Positions 24,330 through 36,719 of a DNA stretch of 64,000 nt are shown in pieces. The stretch is from NCBI RefSeq assembly GCF_036971445.1, contig NC_091471.1, positions 342,488,001 through 342,552,000 of the forward strand, written 5' to 3'. The stretch comes from Narcine bancroftii. Its lineage: Eukaryota. A program made the position numbers and the translations under genes. Each line of letters starts with the position of its first letter. The first letter of the stretch is position 1. Under the pieces are notes generated by a model. The model did no database searches and was not told where the DNA came from. It worked only from the letters and a program-made list of their open reading frames with translations.

Positions 24330-24792
24330 CAGAGGAGATTTACCAGGGTGTTGCCTGGATTGGGACCAAGCCCTTATCAGGGGTTAGCAGAGCTGGGATT
24401 TTTTGCTTTGGAGCGTAGAAAGATGAGGGAAGACTTGATAGAGGTCTACAAGATGGAGAGGCTAGATAGGGTGGATAGCCAGCACTTGCTTCCCAGAGCT
24501 GGATCAGCAAACACCAGGAGACCTATGTACAAAGTGAGGGGGAGGGAAGTTTAGGGGAGACATCAGTGTTAATTTTTTTTAAATGCAGAGAGTTGTGGGT
24601 GTTTGGAATGCCTTGCCAGGAATGTGGTGGTGGCTGAAACATTGAGGGTATTAAGAGAGTCTTAGACAGACACATGGATGAAAGAAAAATAGAGAGGTAT
24701 GGGGTTTGGAGGGTTTAGTACTTTTTTCTAGGAAGGAATAAATGGGTTGGCACAAAATCGGCACCCAAGGGTCCTGTGCTGTATTGTTCTAC
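24330..24792 (+). mobile_element. CR1 3' fragment
   Basis: QRRFTRVLPGL...LERRKMREDLIEVYKM; 3'UTR AAGGGTCCTGTGCTGTATTGTTCTA. Confidence 0.9.
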
Positions 24793-24889
24793 GTTCACCC
24801 GCCTTTCAGCCAGCTCCACTCTTTTCTCCCTTGGTTTCCACTCTACCATGGATATTCTCTTTGTTCCCTCCCCCCCTTCCTGCCATGTA

Positions 24890-24990
24890 AAACATGTCTG
24901 ATGAAAAGTCCTGACCTGAAATATTAACTCCACTACTCTCTCTCTACAAATAATTCAAGACCTGCTGAATATTTCCATTATTCTCTGCTT
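24890..24990 (+). mobile_element. Penelope-like terminal repeat fragment with hammerhead core
   Basis: CTGATGA...GAAAT at 24898-24922, followed by GACCTGCTGAATATTTCCA. Confidence 0.6.
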
Positions 24991-25453
24991 CCAACCACCC
25001 CACCACCCCCCCCCCCCCGCCCCCACCCCTTTAATTTGAATTATTGGAACTGAATAGAGTAGAGCTTAATAGCTTCAGGATTTGTCTATAAAGTGAAACT
25101 TGCCCTAACTGAGCCAAGTTAATGGCAATATTGATGGGCATAGCCATAGGAGCTTTTAACAAATTAGGTAGCTAATATATCACAACTGGATAGTCGGTAA
25201 CAAAATGTCAATGAGCATTCCTACAGGCCATTTCATATGATATTCTGTATGCCAAACCCAAACACATTATGTCAAGGTTCTGGCGATAAATGAGTTAAAG
25301 CACGTACTGCCAAATAACATTACTGATCGAAACACATAGGAGTAGCAAAAATTAAGGGGACGCTCGCTACTATCAGAAAAAGACAGAGAAAAAACAGTTG
25401 TATGTTCCTTGGCTTGATAGATGAGTAGAGCAGACATGTTTTATGCTCTAATG

Positions 25454-25670
25454 CAGCCTTTCTCAACAGGGGCTATGTGCCCCCACACCCTGGGGGCTAC
25501 AGCACATTTAAGGGGGCCTGTGGACTGAAACCCTAAAATATTTTTATGTAGTTGATAGGAGAGAAGTATGGAAGAAACCAACTAAACAACTGCTTCTTAA
25601 GGAAGGGGGCCTATAAAATTTGAACAGAATCATAAGGGGCCCATAGTCAACAAAAGGTTGAGAATGGCTG
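25454..25670. mobile_element. hAT (Charlie-like) MITE
   Basis: TIRs CAGCCTTTCTCAAC and GTTGAGAATGGCTG; decayed 8-bp TSD (CTCTAATG / TTGTAGTG). Confidence 0.8.
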
Positions 25671-25764
25671 TTGTAGTGCATGGTCCAGTACCAATTATTA
25701 AACAAAAGTCAGTGGGCACACCATTCCTTGAGAAATTGACCATCTGGCTAATTCTTGCTTGTTT

Positions 25765-25766
<2 letters not shown>

Positions 25767-25821
<55 letters not shown>

Positions 25822-25832
25822 TTATATATATA
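25767..25832. repeat. (CA)n(TA)n compound microsatellite
   Basis: Direct inspection. Confidence 0.95.
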
Positions 25833-26077
25833 ATGTTCATATTGAAGTCTTCAGTTACCATTTATATGCATACTTTTTCAGGTTTTATCACTTTTAATCT
25901 ATAAGGAACACCAAGATCTGGGATTCAAATGCACCACCTCTAGAATCCTCAGTTCATAGTGCTTTCTATAATCCACACCACATGAATTTAGTGCATCACC
26001 CTGTAAGTGGAATTTTTCTCTCGAACTAGCGACATTATTGGTCAAATTGTCTATTTATTGCATAATTAAGTTAACCA

Positions 26078-26620
26078 TTGGCCAATATGGAGTCTTCTGT
26101 GCAGTTCTGGTCACCTATCTACAGGAAAAATATCACTAGGATTGAAAGAGTGCAGAGAAGATTTACTTGGATGTTGCTGGGACATCAGGAACTGAGTTGC
26201 AGGGAAAGGTTAAACAGATTAGGACTTTATTCCCTGAAGCATAGAAGAATGAGGGGAGAATTGATGAGGTATACAAAATGATGAGTAGAGAGAGAGAGAG
26301 TAAATGGACGAAGGCTTTTTCCACTGAAGTTAGGTGAGATACAAACCGGAGGACATGGGTTAAGGGTGAAAGGGGAAAAGTTTAGAGGGAACATTAGGGG
26401 GAAACTTCTTGACACAGAGTGGTGGAAGTGTGGAACAAGGTGCCAGCTGAAGTGATGAATGCAGACTCAATTTTAACATTTAAGAAAAATTTGGACAGGT
26501 ACATGAATGAAAGGGGTATGGAGGGCTATGGACTGGGTGCAGGTCATTGGGACTCGGCAGAATAATAGTTTGGCACAGACTAGAAGGGCTGAAGGACTGT
26601 AATGCTCTATGGTTTTATGC
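26078..26620 (+). mobile_element. CR1 3' fragment
   Basis: VQFWSPIYRKNITRIERVQRRFT...RLGLYSL; same family as 60900-61358. Confidence 0.9.
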
Positions 26621-27524
26621 TTAAATCTCATTCATGGGTTGGGTGTGTCTGGCCTAAGCTTTCTCCAAGTGCATATGTAATTATAACTTAAACAATATAA
26701 AACAATAAGCTACACCATTCTCATGCTTGCTTTCCTGTTGACATGTTTCCTGATCATCTGATCAATTCCTCCACCCCAATTACCTAATCAATATCAGTCT
26801 GACCGAGAACACCGATTTCCACAGATGCTGGTGATGAACATGCAATTGCTAGCAGAAAAATTGACATGAATGCAGAAAGTTTTGAGTAATGGTGTAAACA
26901 TTATGTGGATGTTACATTATGCCTCATATCAAATGAACCTTGTATATTGTATGCATCCATCTTATAGTTCACACATCTTCGATTGAATGAATGCACATTC
27001 AGTTCAGTCTCTGTCATTCACATCTATCTTCACAGAATACACTGCAGAAGAATTTTGTGCTGGATCATCTTGTTTATCTCTGGTTCAGCTCTGAAAAAGC
27101 CTTAAGGGAATGTTCACTGACATTTTGATACTTAATTTTCAGTTGTGTTTTATTAGCCAACTAATTCATTTGCTTTTTATTTAATTGATGAAAACCTTCA
27201 AAGAACATAGTCCCCAGTTTTCTGCTATCTTCCCCTGAAGGTATTGACTCATTCCTCTTCTATCTCCTTTGCAAGATAATGCTTACTAGCAGTGATACAT
27301 TCCCAGTAGGCATTTGAATCTATTCTGTATTCAATGGAATGCATTGTCGGGAGCAACAGAAAACATGGAAGTTTTATTTTAACGGTGGCCTTGCTTGGTT
27401 ACATTTAAGACAATTATAATTCCAGCTCTGATCACAATTTTTTAAAAAAGAAATTTGGAGCAGAAACAGTCCACTCACAGCTGTCCTACCATTTCAGTAC
27501 AATTATGGTGAATCTACCAGAAGT

Positions 27525-27999
27525 AGAGGTCGACAGCATCGAGTCCACGCTGCTGAAGATCCAGCTGCGCTGGATGGGTCACGTCTCCAGAATGGAGGAC
27601 CATCGCCTTCCCAAGATCCTGTTATATGGCGAGCTCTCCACTGGCCACTGTGACAGAGGTGCACCAAAGAAAAGGTACAAGGACTGCCTAAAGAAATCTC
27701 TTGGTGCCTGCCACATTGACCACCGCCAGTGGGCTGATAACGCCTCAAACCGTGCATCTTGGCGCCTCACAGTTTGGCGGGCAGCAACCTCCTTTGAAGA
27801 AGACCGCAGAGCCCACCTCACGAACAAAAGGCAAAGGAGGAAAAACCCAACACCCAACCAACCAATTTTCCCTTGCAACCGCTGCAATCGTGTCTGCCTG
27901 TCCCGCATCGGACTTGTCAGCCACAAACGAGCCTGCAGCTGACGTGGACTTTTTACCCCCTCCATAAATCTTCGTCCGCGAAGCCAAGCCAAAGAGAAG
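27525..27999 (+). mobile_element. Young RTE LINE, 5'-truncated
   Basis: Open C-terminal ORF to 27942; tail; possible 9-bp TSD ACCAGARGT (27516 and 28000). Confidence 0.95.
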
Positions 28000-30348
28000 A
28001 CCAGAGGTTTAATTATTTTTCTGTGCCAGTTCCTCATAGCCCTCAATTTCTTGAATTTTTTTTCAAAATGTATTTACCTCCTCCTTAAATATTTCCAGCG
28101 ATTTGTCCTTCATAACTCTGTGGGTTAGAGGATTCCAGGCATTCACCATCCTTCAACAGAAAATTTCTCATGTACTTGAATTTTAAATAATCACCCTCCT
28201 ATTGTATACCTATGACTCCTCACTTGAGGCTCTCCCTCCAGTGGATTTTTTTAAAAAACATCTATCCTGACAAGTTTCCTAAGGAATTATATGCTTCAAT
28301 GAGATAATCCATCATTCAACTAAAGAATACAGATCTAATATCCAACGCCATTCTTGACAGCTCAACTCTCCCATCACATAATGATCCTAATGAATATTTC
28401 CAGTAGTATCATATTCTCTCTTTAACCATCAACCAAAGAGGATGCTGTAGAGATTCCGTACACAACTGGTAAGCCAGAGACATTAGAATTCAAATCTCCC
28501 TGTGGCGAATTATAAAATCAAGTGTAATAGATCTTACTGAGTTAATCAAATTGTAACCATGAAGATCCATAAATAATGAAAATCAATGACTTAGATCTTT
28601 CCCTCTGTGGGGGTAACCCAGTAATTCTTCCTAATTTCCCCATATTACATACGACTCCAGCCCGACATCATTTCAGGTTTGATTCCTAATAATTCTGAGA
28701 TGAGCAACTAAGTAGAGAGGGATATTATGCAAGGAATCAAAATCTGGGGCCAATGTAACTTGGCCTTGCCAGCATCACCTGCAACCTTCAAGAAACATTT
28801 CAAAAAAGCATACGATAGAGTTGTCCCATCAGCCTGTAACCTCAGCAAAGACTGTCACTGTATGGATCTTTGGCTTCCTTTTAAAACAATATGCATAATT
28901 TCAAACAGAACATTCTTGTGCTTTGTACTTTTCAATCCTACTTGAACATCCTTTTCCTGGCATTAAGACAGTCAGATGATTGGATAAAACCCAAAAGTGC
29001 AAAAGATTAAAGAGATGTATTGAGTGGTGTTGGATACAAGATGAGCAGCTTTGGTCCTCAACCTCTGTGTGTCTTGGGAGGACTGATGGAGTTAAAGATT
29101 TCCAGAAGCATATCTGGTGCATCTCTAGCCCCTGGGATATGGGAGATCACTGATGTAAGCCTCGTGCCCTCTAATTCAGTTATCCTTGTCAGTAAACAGC
29201 CAAGAAATCAATGCACAATTTGAAAATAAAAAAAATGACAAAATACTTTTGATTACGAGGGGTTGTCTGAAAGTAAAATCATTCTTAAAGATTGAAACGT
29301 CTTAATAATATTTGTAAATCAAACTCGTGCCAAATGTAACTTTAACCTAACACGTAAAGAAGGAAATCTGTGGCACTGGTAGAATGCCAATTCCTGCCAA
29401 CTGTTTGTGTATTGGAGATGAAAAGCTGGTGGAATGCACAGCCAGGATAACGCCTGAACCCAGTTTTCCCAAATCGCTGGTTTTATTAATATCATCCAAA
29501 TTAATATTTGGATGGGGATAATTTCAAGAAAAGCATTCCTACTCTAAAGTAAGTAGCAACACACAGGTTAACACAATATAAATGATGGATTTGAAATAAT
29601 AAGGAAGGTGTACTGGTTGAAGCATTGGGGGGGGGGGAAAAAGACGCTTTTTTTTAATAAAAATCACAAACATTGCCACTGTGTCCGAAATAAACTAAAT
29701 ACCACAAAGAAGTCATCTAGTACAAATCAATCTGTACTTTCAATAAAATAAATTATGTCCTATCCCTGACCTTTTTATTTCCATTGTTGAAGTGTTTAAA
29801 TGGATAATACTACTTTCCCTAAAAGCACCATGAAATATTCACTGATTTATACATCATTTTGGCAATTCAGATATTCCATCAGCCCACACTGCAATCTAGA
29901 CTCCCACTACAATCACTCTTACCAACTGGTTAAAACTGACAGCCTTAGTATTAAGAAGCAGTGGTGTATTTAGATCAGATTATATCAAATTTCCAAGAAC
30001 AAGTATACATTCAACCGTTTTTACGACTGTGCATGCATGTATTTTTCTTTTTAGCTGAGAAAAATCGTAACACATTTGTCTTTAATTCTGGATGGATTAT
30101 ATCTCTGCCCCTACAAGAAAGTGGAAATATGCTTAAATTAACTTTGATTGGAAGCCCAGGTTCTTTAACTTTTTGTCTATTTGAAAATTGGCACTTTGCC
30201 CAACTTGACCTTGCGGGAGCTTTTAACAAGCAACCAATTTGCAGCGTGGCACATTCAAGCTATCTTAATGGCTGTAATTAGTGCCAATTAATATCTGAAG
30301 GTATTTATTGTTCTCCTGTTGGATAATATGACTTGTATAATGTGCTAC

Positions 30349-30724
30349 CAGTGGTTCCCAACCTTTTACTTTCCACTCACATACCACTTTAAATAGTCCC
30401 AATGCCATAAGTGTTCTGTGATTAATAAGGGATTGCTTAAGGTGGTATGTGGGTGAAAAGAAAAAGTTTGAAAACCCCTGTTTTAATCATTCCAAATTGA
30501 CTCGTTATGTGCACGGTTTCATAACTCCAAAGGAAATGGGCCAATGACAATTTTTCTCAAGCAAAATATTTCAGTAATAATTGGGTCTAGAGCAGTGATT
30601 CTCAACCTTCCCTTCCCACTCACATACCACCTTAAGCAATCCCTTACTAATCACAGAACAACTTATGGCATAGGGATTACTTAAAGTGGTATGTGAGTGG
30701 TAAGTAAAAGGTTGGGAACTACTG
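30349..30724. mobile_element. Composite hAT MITE, copy 1 (two inverted ~132-bp units plus spacer)
   Basis: TIRs CAGTGGTTCCCAACCTTTT and AAAAGGTTGGGAACTACTG; flanking (TG)TGCTAC repeat; 30349-30480 is the near reverse complement of 30592-30724. Confidence 0.9.
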
Positions 30725-31182
30725 TGCTACGCACAAGCATGAGTATTAAAATAAAACAATTAGTTTATCACTGTTAATTCTCAAGGTCCCATGTTAAATA
30801 TAATGGTTACTAAATTATCCATTACATAAAAATTGACCTACTATGTTATTGTAGAACTTAACCTCTTTATTTGATATTTTGCTTCAGAGCATTGAAATTA
30901 TATCTGCAGGATAATGGGTGATAATGGTTTTCAAGCTAACAATGTTTTTGAAAGGGTTCAAAAAAAGCCACCAAATAAATAGAGCAAAGAACTAATATTT
31001 CACCTGTAACTCAAATGTGTTCATTGCGCTCTTGTTGACCTTCTATTGATTCTTTTCTTTGAAAGATGCATTTTTTACTTGTCCACCCATTTTTTTTCTC
31101 AATATTCACCCTTCCCTCTTGAACGTGGGAATAATTGATGGGATACAAGTCCGTGGGATTTGTAGAGTGCATTGCCATTGTA

Positions 31183-32254
31183 CAAGTAATCTCAGGTAAT
31201 GAATGGGTTGAGTTTTTGTAAGTCAATTTTTTTGCAAGTCAGAAAACATACAAAAATTACTTAAAGGTAACCATTTCACTGAACGGTTTAAAAAGCATGC
31301 AAGACTGATAAGAAAGGAGTTACTGTTCTTTCATTAATGCTTGTGTCTCTGAAGGGACGCTTGCTTCTCTTTCTCATTTAAACAAACTGTTGGCACTGCC
31401 CGAGCAATGAGTGCTGCCACAGATGAGGACCTGGGAAAGTGGGAAGCAAAGATACAGCACTATGTTACAGGGTCCTGCAGTCCTGCTGACTGGTCCTAAT
31501 ACTCTATATAGGCTTTAAATGAGCTATTTTCTTTTAAATTCCTTCAACCATGGGGGTCTGTGCCCAAGAGGGCAACAGCAGACTGGTACAGGGCACCATA
31601 AAGAGGGAGAATACCCCCTGTTGAGAAGGAGAAGCATAGGAGATGACCCTACAGGATGGTGACCACGGCAGCAGACAAACAAGGGGCTCAGCAGGCCAAC
31701 GGCCCCATACGGGCTGTGGGCTGCTAACAACTTGCTGTCAAAGGACTCGCACAGGCATTGGGCTGCTGGTGACTGGCTCAAGCAAACCAGGTATCAGAAC
31801 CGGGATTTGAGAGGGTACTAAGAGCAAGAAGGACCTTGGTCACTGAAGGCTTCCTGATCATTTTGGAGATTTGGATCTGGAGCTAGGGTTGCCAATGGTT
31901 TGAACTGGAGTCTGTGGAGATGCAGAGGCTGAGGAGCTCTGATACAAATCTAGAGACACAACGGTATCCCTGAAGGGAGCCTCTTTTGCTTCTCTTTCTC
32001 CTATCATTAGGCAATGTTCATGGTGACTCTTTGCTTTACAGCAGAGAAAAGTTGATGTATATCATGCATATTATGTTTTTAATTTATAGATTTGTGACAA
32101 GGATCCTTGAATCTTAAGTTCCTTAAAGTCAAAAAAGGAGAAGAATCCAGTTTTTCTGTTCACAGGATTGAACAGAATTTTTGATGTTAATATGGGAGCT
32201 TGTTTGTATATAGGGGTGAGAGTAGGTGAGACATTCACAAGCTGAGGAGGCCTG
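31183..32254. mobile_element. Tigger-like element hosting family X copy 3
   Basis: TA-flanked decayed TIRs: CAAGTAATCTCAGGTAATGAATG vs reverse complement CAGGCCTCCTCAGCTTGTGAATG. Confidence 0.45.
31395..32118 (+). mobile_element. Non-coding retroposon family X, copy 3
   Basis: Colinear with the reverse complements of 4137-4810 and 16165-17200; tail GTGACTCTTTGCTTTACAGCAGAG...GTGACAA. Confidence 0.7.
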
Positions 32255-32751
32255 TATTCTTTCAGCACATGATCCTGGGCATTCTAAAACCATTCAAAGA
32301 TCAAACTGGGCTCAACCTCCAACTATACCCAAAGATCACTTGAAGGCATTCAAATCTTGGAAGTTCTTTTGATGATCCTGTTCTAGCACAGCTAATGTTA
32401 ATATTAGCCAATCTGCTTATTAGTCTACTTACCAGGGACCAATTTTATCCAGTGAGAAGTCATCAGCCAAATTGAACTCTGGGCACTTCTCACTAGATAA
32501 TATTACAAAGCAAAAGTCTATGCATATAGTGTGTACAAATTAAATGATAAAATCTAACTTTTCAAATAGTCAAATTCAAACTTGACATTGGAAAAAGATT
32601 AATTTTCTTTCAAACAACTGGTTACTCCAATCACTGAAAACAATGTCCATTTCAGTCACTTTCATTTCTTGGTTTCCTTTGCCTTGTGAGATCATCTCAA
32701 AAGAATGACTATCAAAATTGAAAGATAAGAAAAGAGCCCCAACAATGATTA

Positions 32752-33351
32752 ACCGAACCATGGGTCCTCTACCAGCATCACCTACGGCGTCTAGAACGCT
32801 TCCACCAGCGTTGTCTCCGCTCCATCCTCAACATTCATTGGAGCGACTTCATCACCAACATCGAAGTACTCGAGATGGCAGAGGCCGACAGCATCGAATC
32901 CACGCTGCTGAAGATCAAACTGCGCTGGGTAGGTCACGTCTCCAGAATGGAAGACCATCGCCTTCCCAAGATCGTGTTCTATGGCGAGCTCTCCACTGGC
33001 CACTGAGACAGAGGTCCACCAAAGAAGAGGTACAAGGACTGCCTAAAGAAATCTCTTGGTCCCTGCCACATTGCCCACTGCCAGTGGGCTGATATCGCCT
33101 CAAACCACGCCTCACAGTTCGGCGGGCAGCAACCTCCTTTGAAGAAGACCACAGAGCCCACCTCACTGACAAAAGACAAAGGAGGAAAAACCCAACACCC
33201 AACCCCAACCAACCAATTTTCCCCTGCAGCCGCTGCAACTGTGTCTGCCTGTCCCGCATCGGACTTGTCAGCCACAAACGAGCCTGCAGCTGACGTGGAC
33301 ATTACCCCTCCATAAATCTTCGTCCACGAAGCCAAGCCAAAGAAAGAGAAG
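32752..33351 (+). mobile_element. Young RTE LINE, 5'-truncated, with stop codon and small deletion
   Basis: High similarity to 58153-58922; GCCAAGCCAAAGAAAGAGAAG tail. Confidence 0.95.
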
Positions 33352-33994
33352 TTTGTCACCAACAATCATCCATTCCAATGGAGAGGTGTGCTCAGTTTTA
33401 AATCCATTCACATAAGCCCATTGTCTATGCACATGGATGCGGGGGGTTGAGAAATTGCTTCTCTGATTGTGTAGGTGTTATTGAGGGAGATTCTGGAGAA
33501 CTAGAGTAGGGTCAATGATCTTTAACATTTGTTTTATTTCTCAGTTGAAATGTCAGAGACTGTATTACAGTCAGCAGCCTTTGGGCATTGTTGCAGTTCA
33601 GACCACATGGTGTGCTTGAGAGGGAATGAAGCCTAGCAACCAAACATTTGAAAACCAAAGTAGAACTGGAATTATGCTGCATTCTGACTTCAGAAGGATT
33701 TGGTCTGTAAAAAAGTATTATTTGTTTTCAAAATTGTAGTGTAAATTGAGTTCTGGGGACACAGTGACTCCCAATCCTGCGAACATGTTTTCTGAAAAAG
33801 AAATCCTTGAAATACTCTCCCAATGATATCAGCTAGTTCCAGAACTTTATTTTGCAGTTATTAGAAGCTTTTCATTCAATACAGCACAACTGATCAGTGA
33901 GATGGTGTAAAAATTACACTGATGAACTCTTCATCATCTGCATTCTACAATTGTATGAAAAAGCTGCAGCTATAAAACTGACTTACTTTCTTTC

Positions 33995-34090
33995 AGAAGA
34001 CCGCAGAGCCCACCTCACTGACAAAAGACAAAGGAGGAAAAACCCAACACCCCACTCCAACCAACCAATTTTCCCTTGCAACCGTGTCTG
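33995..34090 (+). mobile_element. Internal RTE fragment without 3' tail
   Basis: EDRRAHLTDKRQRRKNPTP..NQPIFPCNR. Confidence 0.9.
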
Positions 34091-34434
34091 AACACATGGA
34101 CACAAGTGTCCATGAAAAAAAATAACTGAGTAATAGATGACTGAAAGCTATTAACTGTTGGGGGAAATGTTTCCAAAGATGTCAAGAGAATACATTTAAA
34201 TGGTTTTGTGGAGGTGTTTCTTGGATTTTTTTTGCCATTACAAGGGCTAATTAATAGAATTTGCAATGAGTATGAATTATTCTATCAGCTCATTTTCATA
34301 TGGAAGAGAATGTAGCTGGAAAACTAACCATTCATTATGCTTATTTGATCTCTTAATTACAAGCATTTACATAGGAAGAAATTTTGCTAAGGTGCTGCAT
34401 GACTACCAATCAGCTGTGGTGTTAGACAAATTTC

Positions 34435-34618
34435 ATGCCTCCCCCCACCTTTATATTCAGTGCCTGCCTGTTTCTTGCTCATACCTTGATGAAGGGCTCA
34501 GGTCTGAAACATTGGTTACCCTTTACTTTCTACAGATGCTGTGTGGCCTGCTGAGTTTCACCAGCAATATTGTGCATTGCACTTGGACCTCAGCATTTGC
34601 ACACTTTACTGTTTAACT
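34435..34618 (+). mobile_element. Penelope-like terminal repeat with hammerhead motif
   Basis: ACCTTGATGAAGGGCTCAGGTCTGAAACATTGGT followed by CCTGCTGAGTTTCACCAGC. Confidence 0.75.
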
Positions 34619-35074
34619 TGTGGAAAATAGCTGTTGTTTAAAGACCAGAAATCAGTGCTCTCTTTAATTGCAGCCGAATAAGCGGTGGCATGCTCCTGCC
34701 TTGGTACATCCCACCAAATCGTTGAATAGGGATTCCAGATTAAAACAGAGTGATGTCAAGCGAGCAGTGGTGCATTTCCAAGCCAGAATGCTGTGTGAAT
34801 TGAAAAGAATGTGCACACGATGCTGATCCAATTCACCTACAGAGTTTGATGTTCTTGATGGTGAGTTTAGAGATGCAGAGGAAACATTTTTTTTAAGTGG
34901 TAGATCCTCCAGCTGCAATGAAAGGTGGGTGGTCTGTCAAGCAGATTGCCTTGTTTTGAATAGTAATAAGAAATTTGAGTGTTGTTGGAGCTGCACTTAA
35001 TGCAGGGTCTTCTCCTATCCTCAAAACTTACGAAAAGGCTTTGGATGGCAGGAGTGGTGTCACTCACTGCTGGA

Positions 35075-35295
35075 TGACGCACCATCAATTACTCAAAAGA
35101 CTGTTGCTGAGAAACCAGTAGGTTTTTATTCACTTAAGAACAATGGCACATCCATTACTGTTTGACTGTCCTGAACTGAGGTGGGGGCTGTGGCACAGTC
35201 ACCTTTATACAGGAGCCTGTGGGGAGGGGGCACAGGTACAATCGGCCAATAGGTGTGCCTGACCAAACAATTATATGCAACACCGGCTTGCCACA
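35075..35295 (-). mobile_element. Solo LTR (221 bp)
   Basis: TG...CA termini; perfect 5-bp TSD CTGGA; TATAAA and AATAAA on minus strand; reverse complement starts TGTGG like the Gypsy LTR. Confidence 0.85.
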
Positions 35296-35619
35296 CTGGA
35301 TACGCAGGCTCTGTCGTGCACTTGTGGCCACAGGATTTAAGTCCACTCTGCCAACTGTGTTTTGACATGTTACTGAGTGCCTAGTTTGATAATGTTATTT
35401 TGTTAGCTCTGATTCTTCATTTGAAATATGCAGAGTGGCCTACTGTCTGAAACCACTGCATGGGTCACCATGCTTCTCACCATTATGCCTGTACATTGGG
35501 TTAAATATGATTCAACCAGTAGACAGATTTGCACCTTATTACCATTAATTTCAATCTGACTAGGACATTCATCCCACGCTCAATTATTTGAATGGTGAAC
35601 CTCCGTAAATATAATTAAG

Positions 35620-35775
35620 ACAAGGCTGGATAGATTTTTACAGAGGAGATTTAAGGGATATGGGAGAAAGATAGGCTCATCTCCACCTACCTTTCATCAG
35701 ATCAGCAATGATCTCATTGAATGGCGGTGCAGGCTCGACGGGTCGGATGGCCAACTCTTGATCCTATTTCTTACA
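35620..35775 (+). mobile_element. CR1 3'UTR fragment
   Basis: GATCTCATTGAATGGCGGTGCAGGCTCGACGGGTCGGATGGCC...CCTATTTCTT. Confidence 0.7.
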
Positions 35776-36548
35776 CTCAAACTTAGTTGGAAAAGGTAAG
35801 CGAGAGCATTTTGGTTCAAAATTATTTTAATAAATATTATCTTAAAAAGAATATCTTAATTAAATTCACTGGACATTTATTAATTTGTTTAATAAATATT
35901 CATGTTTTCATTTTAATCCATTTCAATTGTCTGTCGACTTATTGCATTATTTGTGGGCAGACTGTTTAAATGTCACGGGATTAATGTTTTCTTAAATCCC
36001 TGAGAATAGTTACTTATCCTTTACAAAAATCAGTGCAATTGCTGACAGAGTAAACTTCAATAAACACCCATTCTTAAAATGATGCATTTCTTAAAATGAT
36101 TAATTCAGCAAATGTTGCAGTATTATTTGAAATGTATTGTGGCTGTTTTGACTTAGAATGTTCCTATCAGCAGGTATAGATTCATAAATTGAAGACTTAC
36201 GCCACATACAGTAAAAGAAATTTTAACAAAAATTCATAAATTTAATGGTATGGTTAACATTTAGCATGAGATGGTTAAAAATGCTATCCTGTCCTCTTAA
36301 CTTTTTTTGTTTGCAAATTAAACAAGAAAGCAGGATATTCGTTCCATTTATACTTCAGGACTTCTTAACACATTCAGCATTTTGGCATTGATGCACAAAA
36401 TTATTCAAGTTTTAATATTAAACACAACTTGCATGTGGAGTCTTAGGGAAATCAAATTCCTAGATTATATGGGGAGAGTTGGTGTATTTACGTGACTGGC
36501 CTGCCTCCATAGATAGTGCCAGAATAATAAAGTGCACACTATATATAT

Positions 36549-36584
36549 ATCTTCGTCCGCAAAGCCAAGCCAAAGAAGAAAGAA
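36549..36584 (+). mobile_element. Minimal (~35 bp) 3' tip of the young RTE
   Basis: ATCTTCGTCCGCAAAGCCAAGCCAAAGAAGAAAGA, flanked by ATATA. Confidence 0.85.
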
Positions 36585-36719
36585 TATAGGGAGAGGTGTG
36601 GCACAGCATATTATCTCAAATATACTTATTACTATTTCAGCATGCATTGTTTCACAAAACGTTTCTACAATACAACTAGAGACAATTGTTGGGTCTCCTT
36701 TGGGTTAATTGGAGGCTAA

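Noticed and set aside
24991-25030. C-rich tract with G-quadruplex potential on the minus strand (also 29626 and 57952)
   Set aside because: Simple homopolymer runs with no supporting context.
25149-30229. Shared 14-mer GGAGCTTTTAACAA at 25149 and 30216
   Set aside because: Several 14-nt matches are expected by chance in 64 kb, and the flanks do not extend the match.
33001-33010. Same TGA stop in RTE copies 32752 and 41657 as programmed readthrough
   Set aside because: Explained by CpG decay of a CGA codon; the other copies have CGT or TGT.
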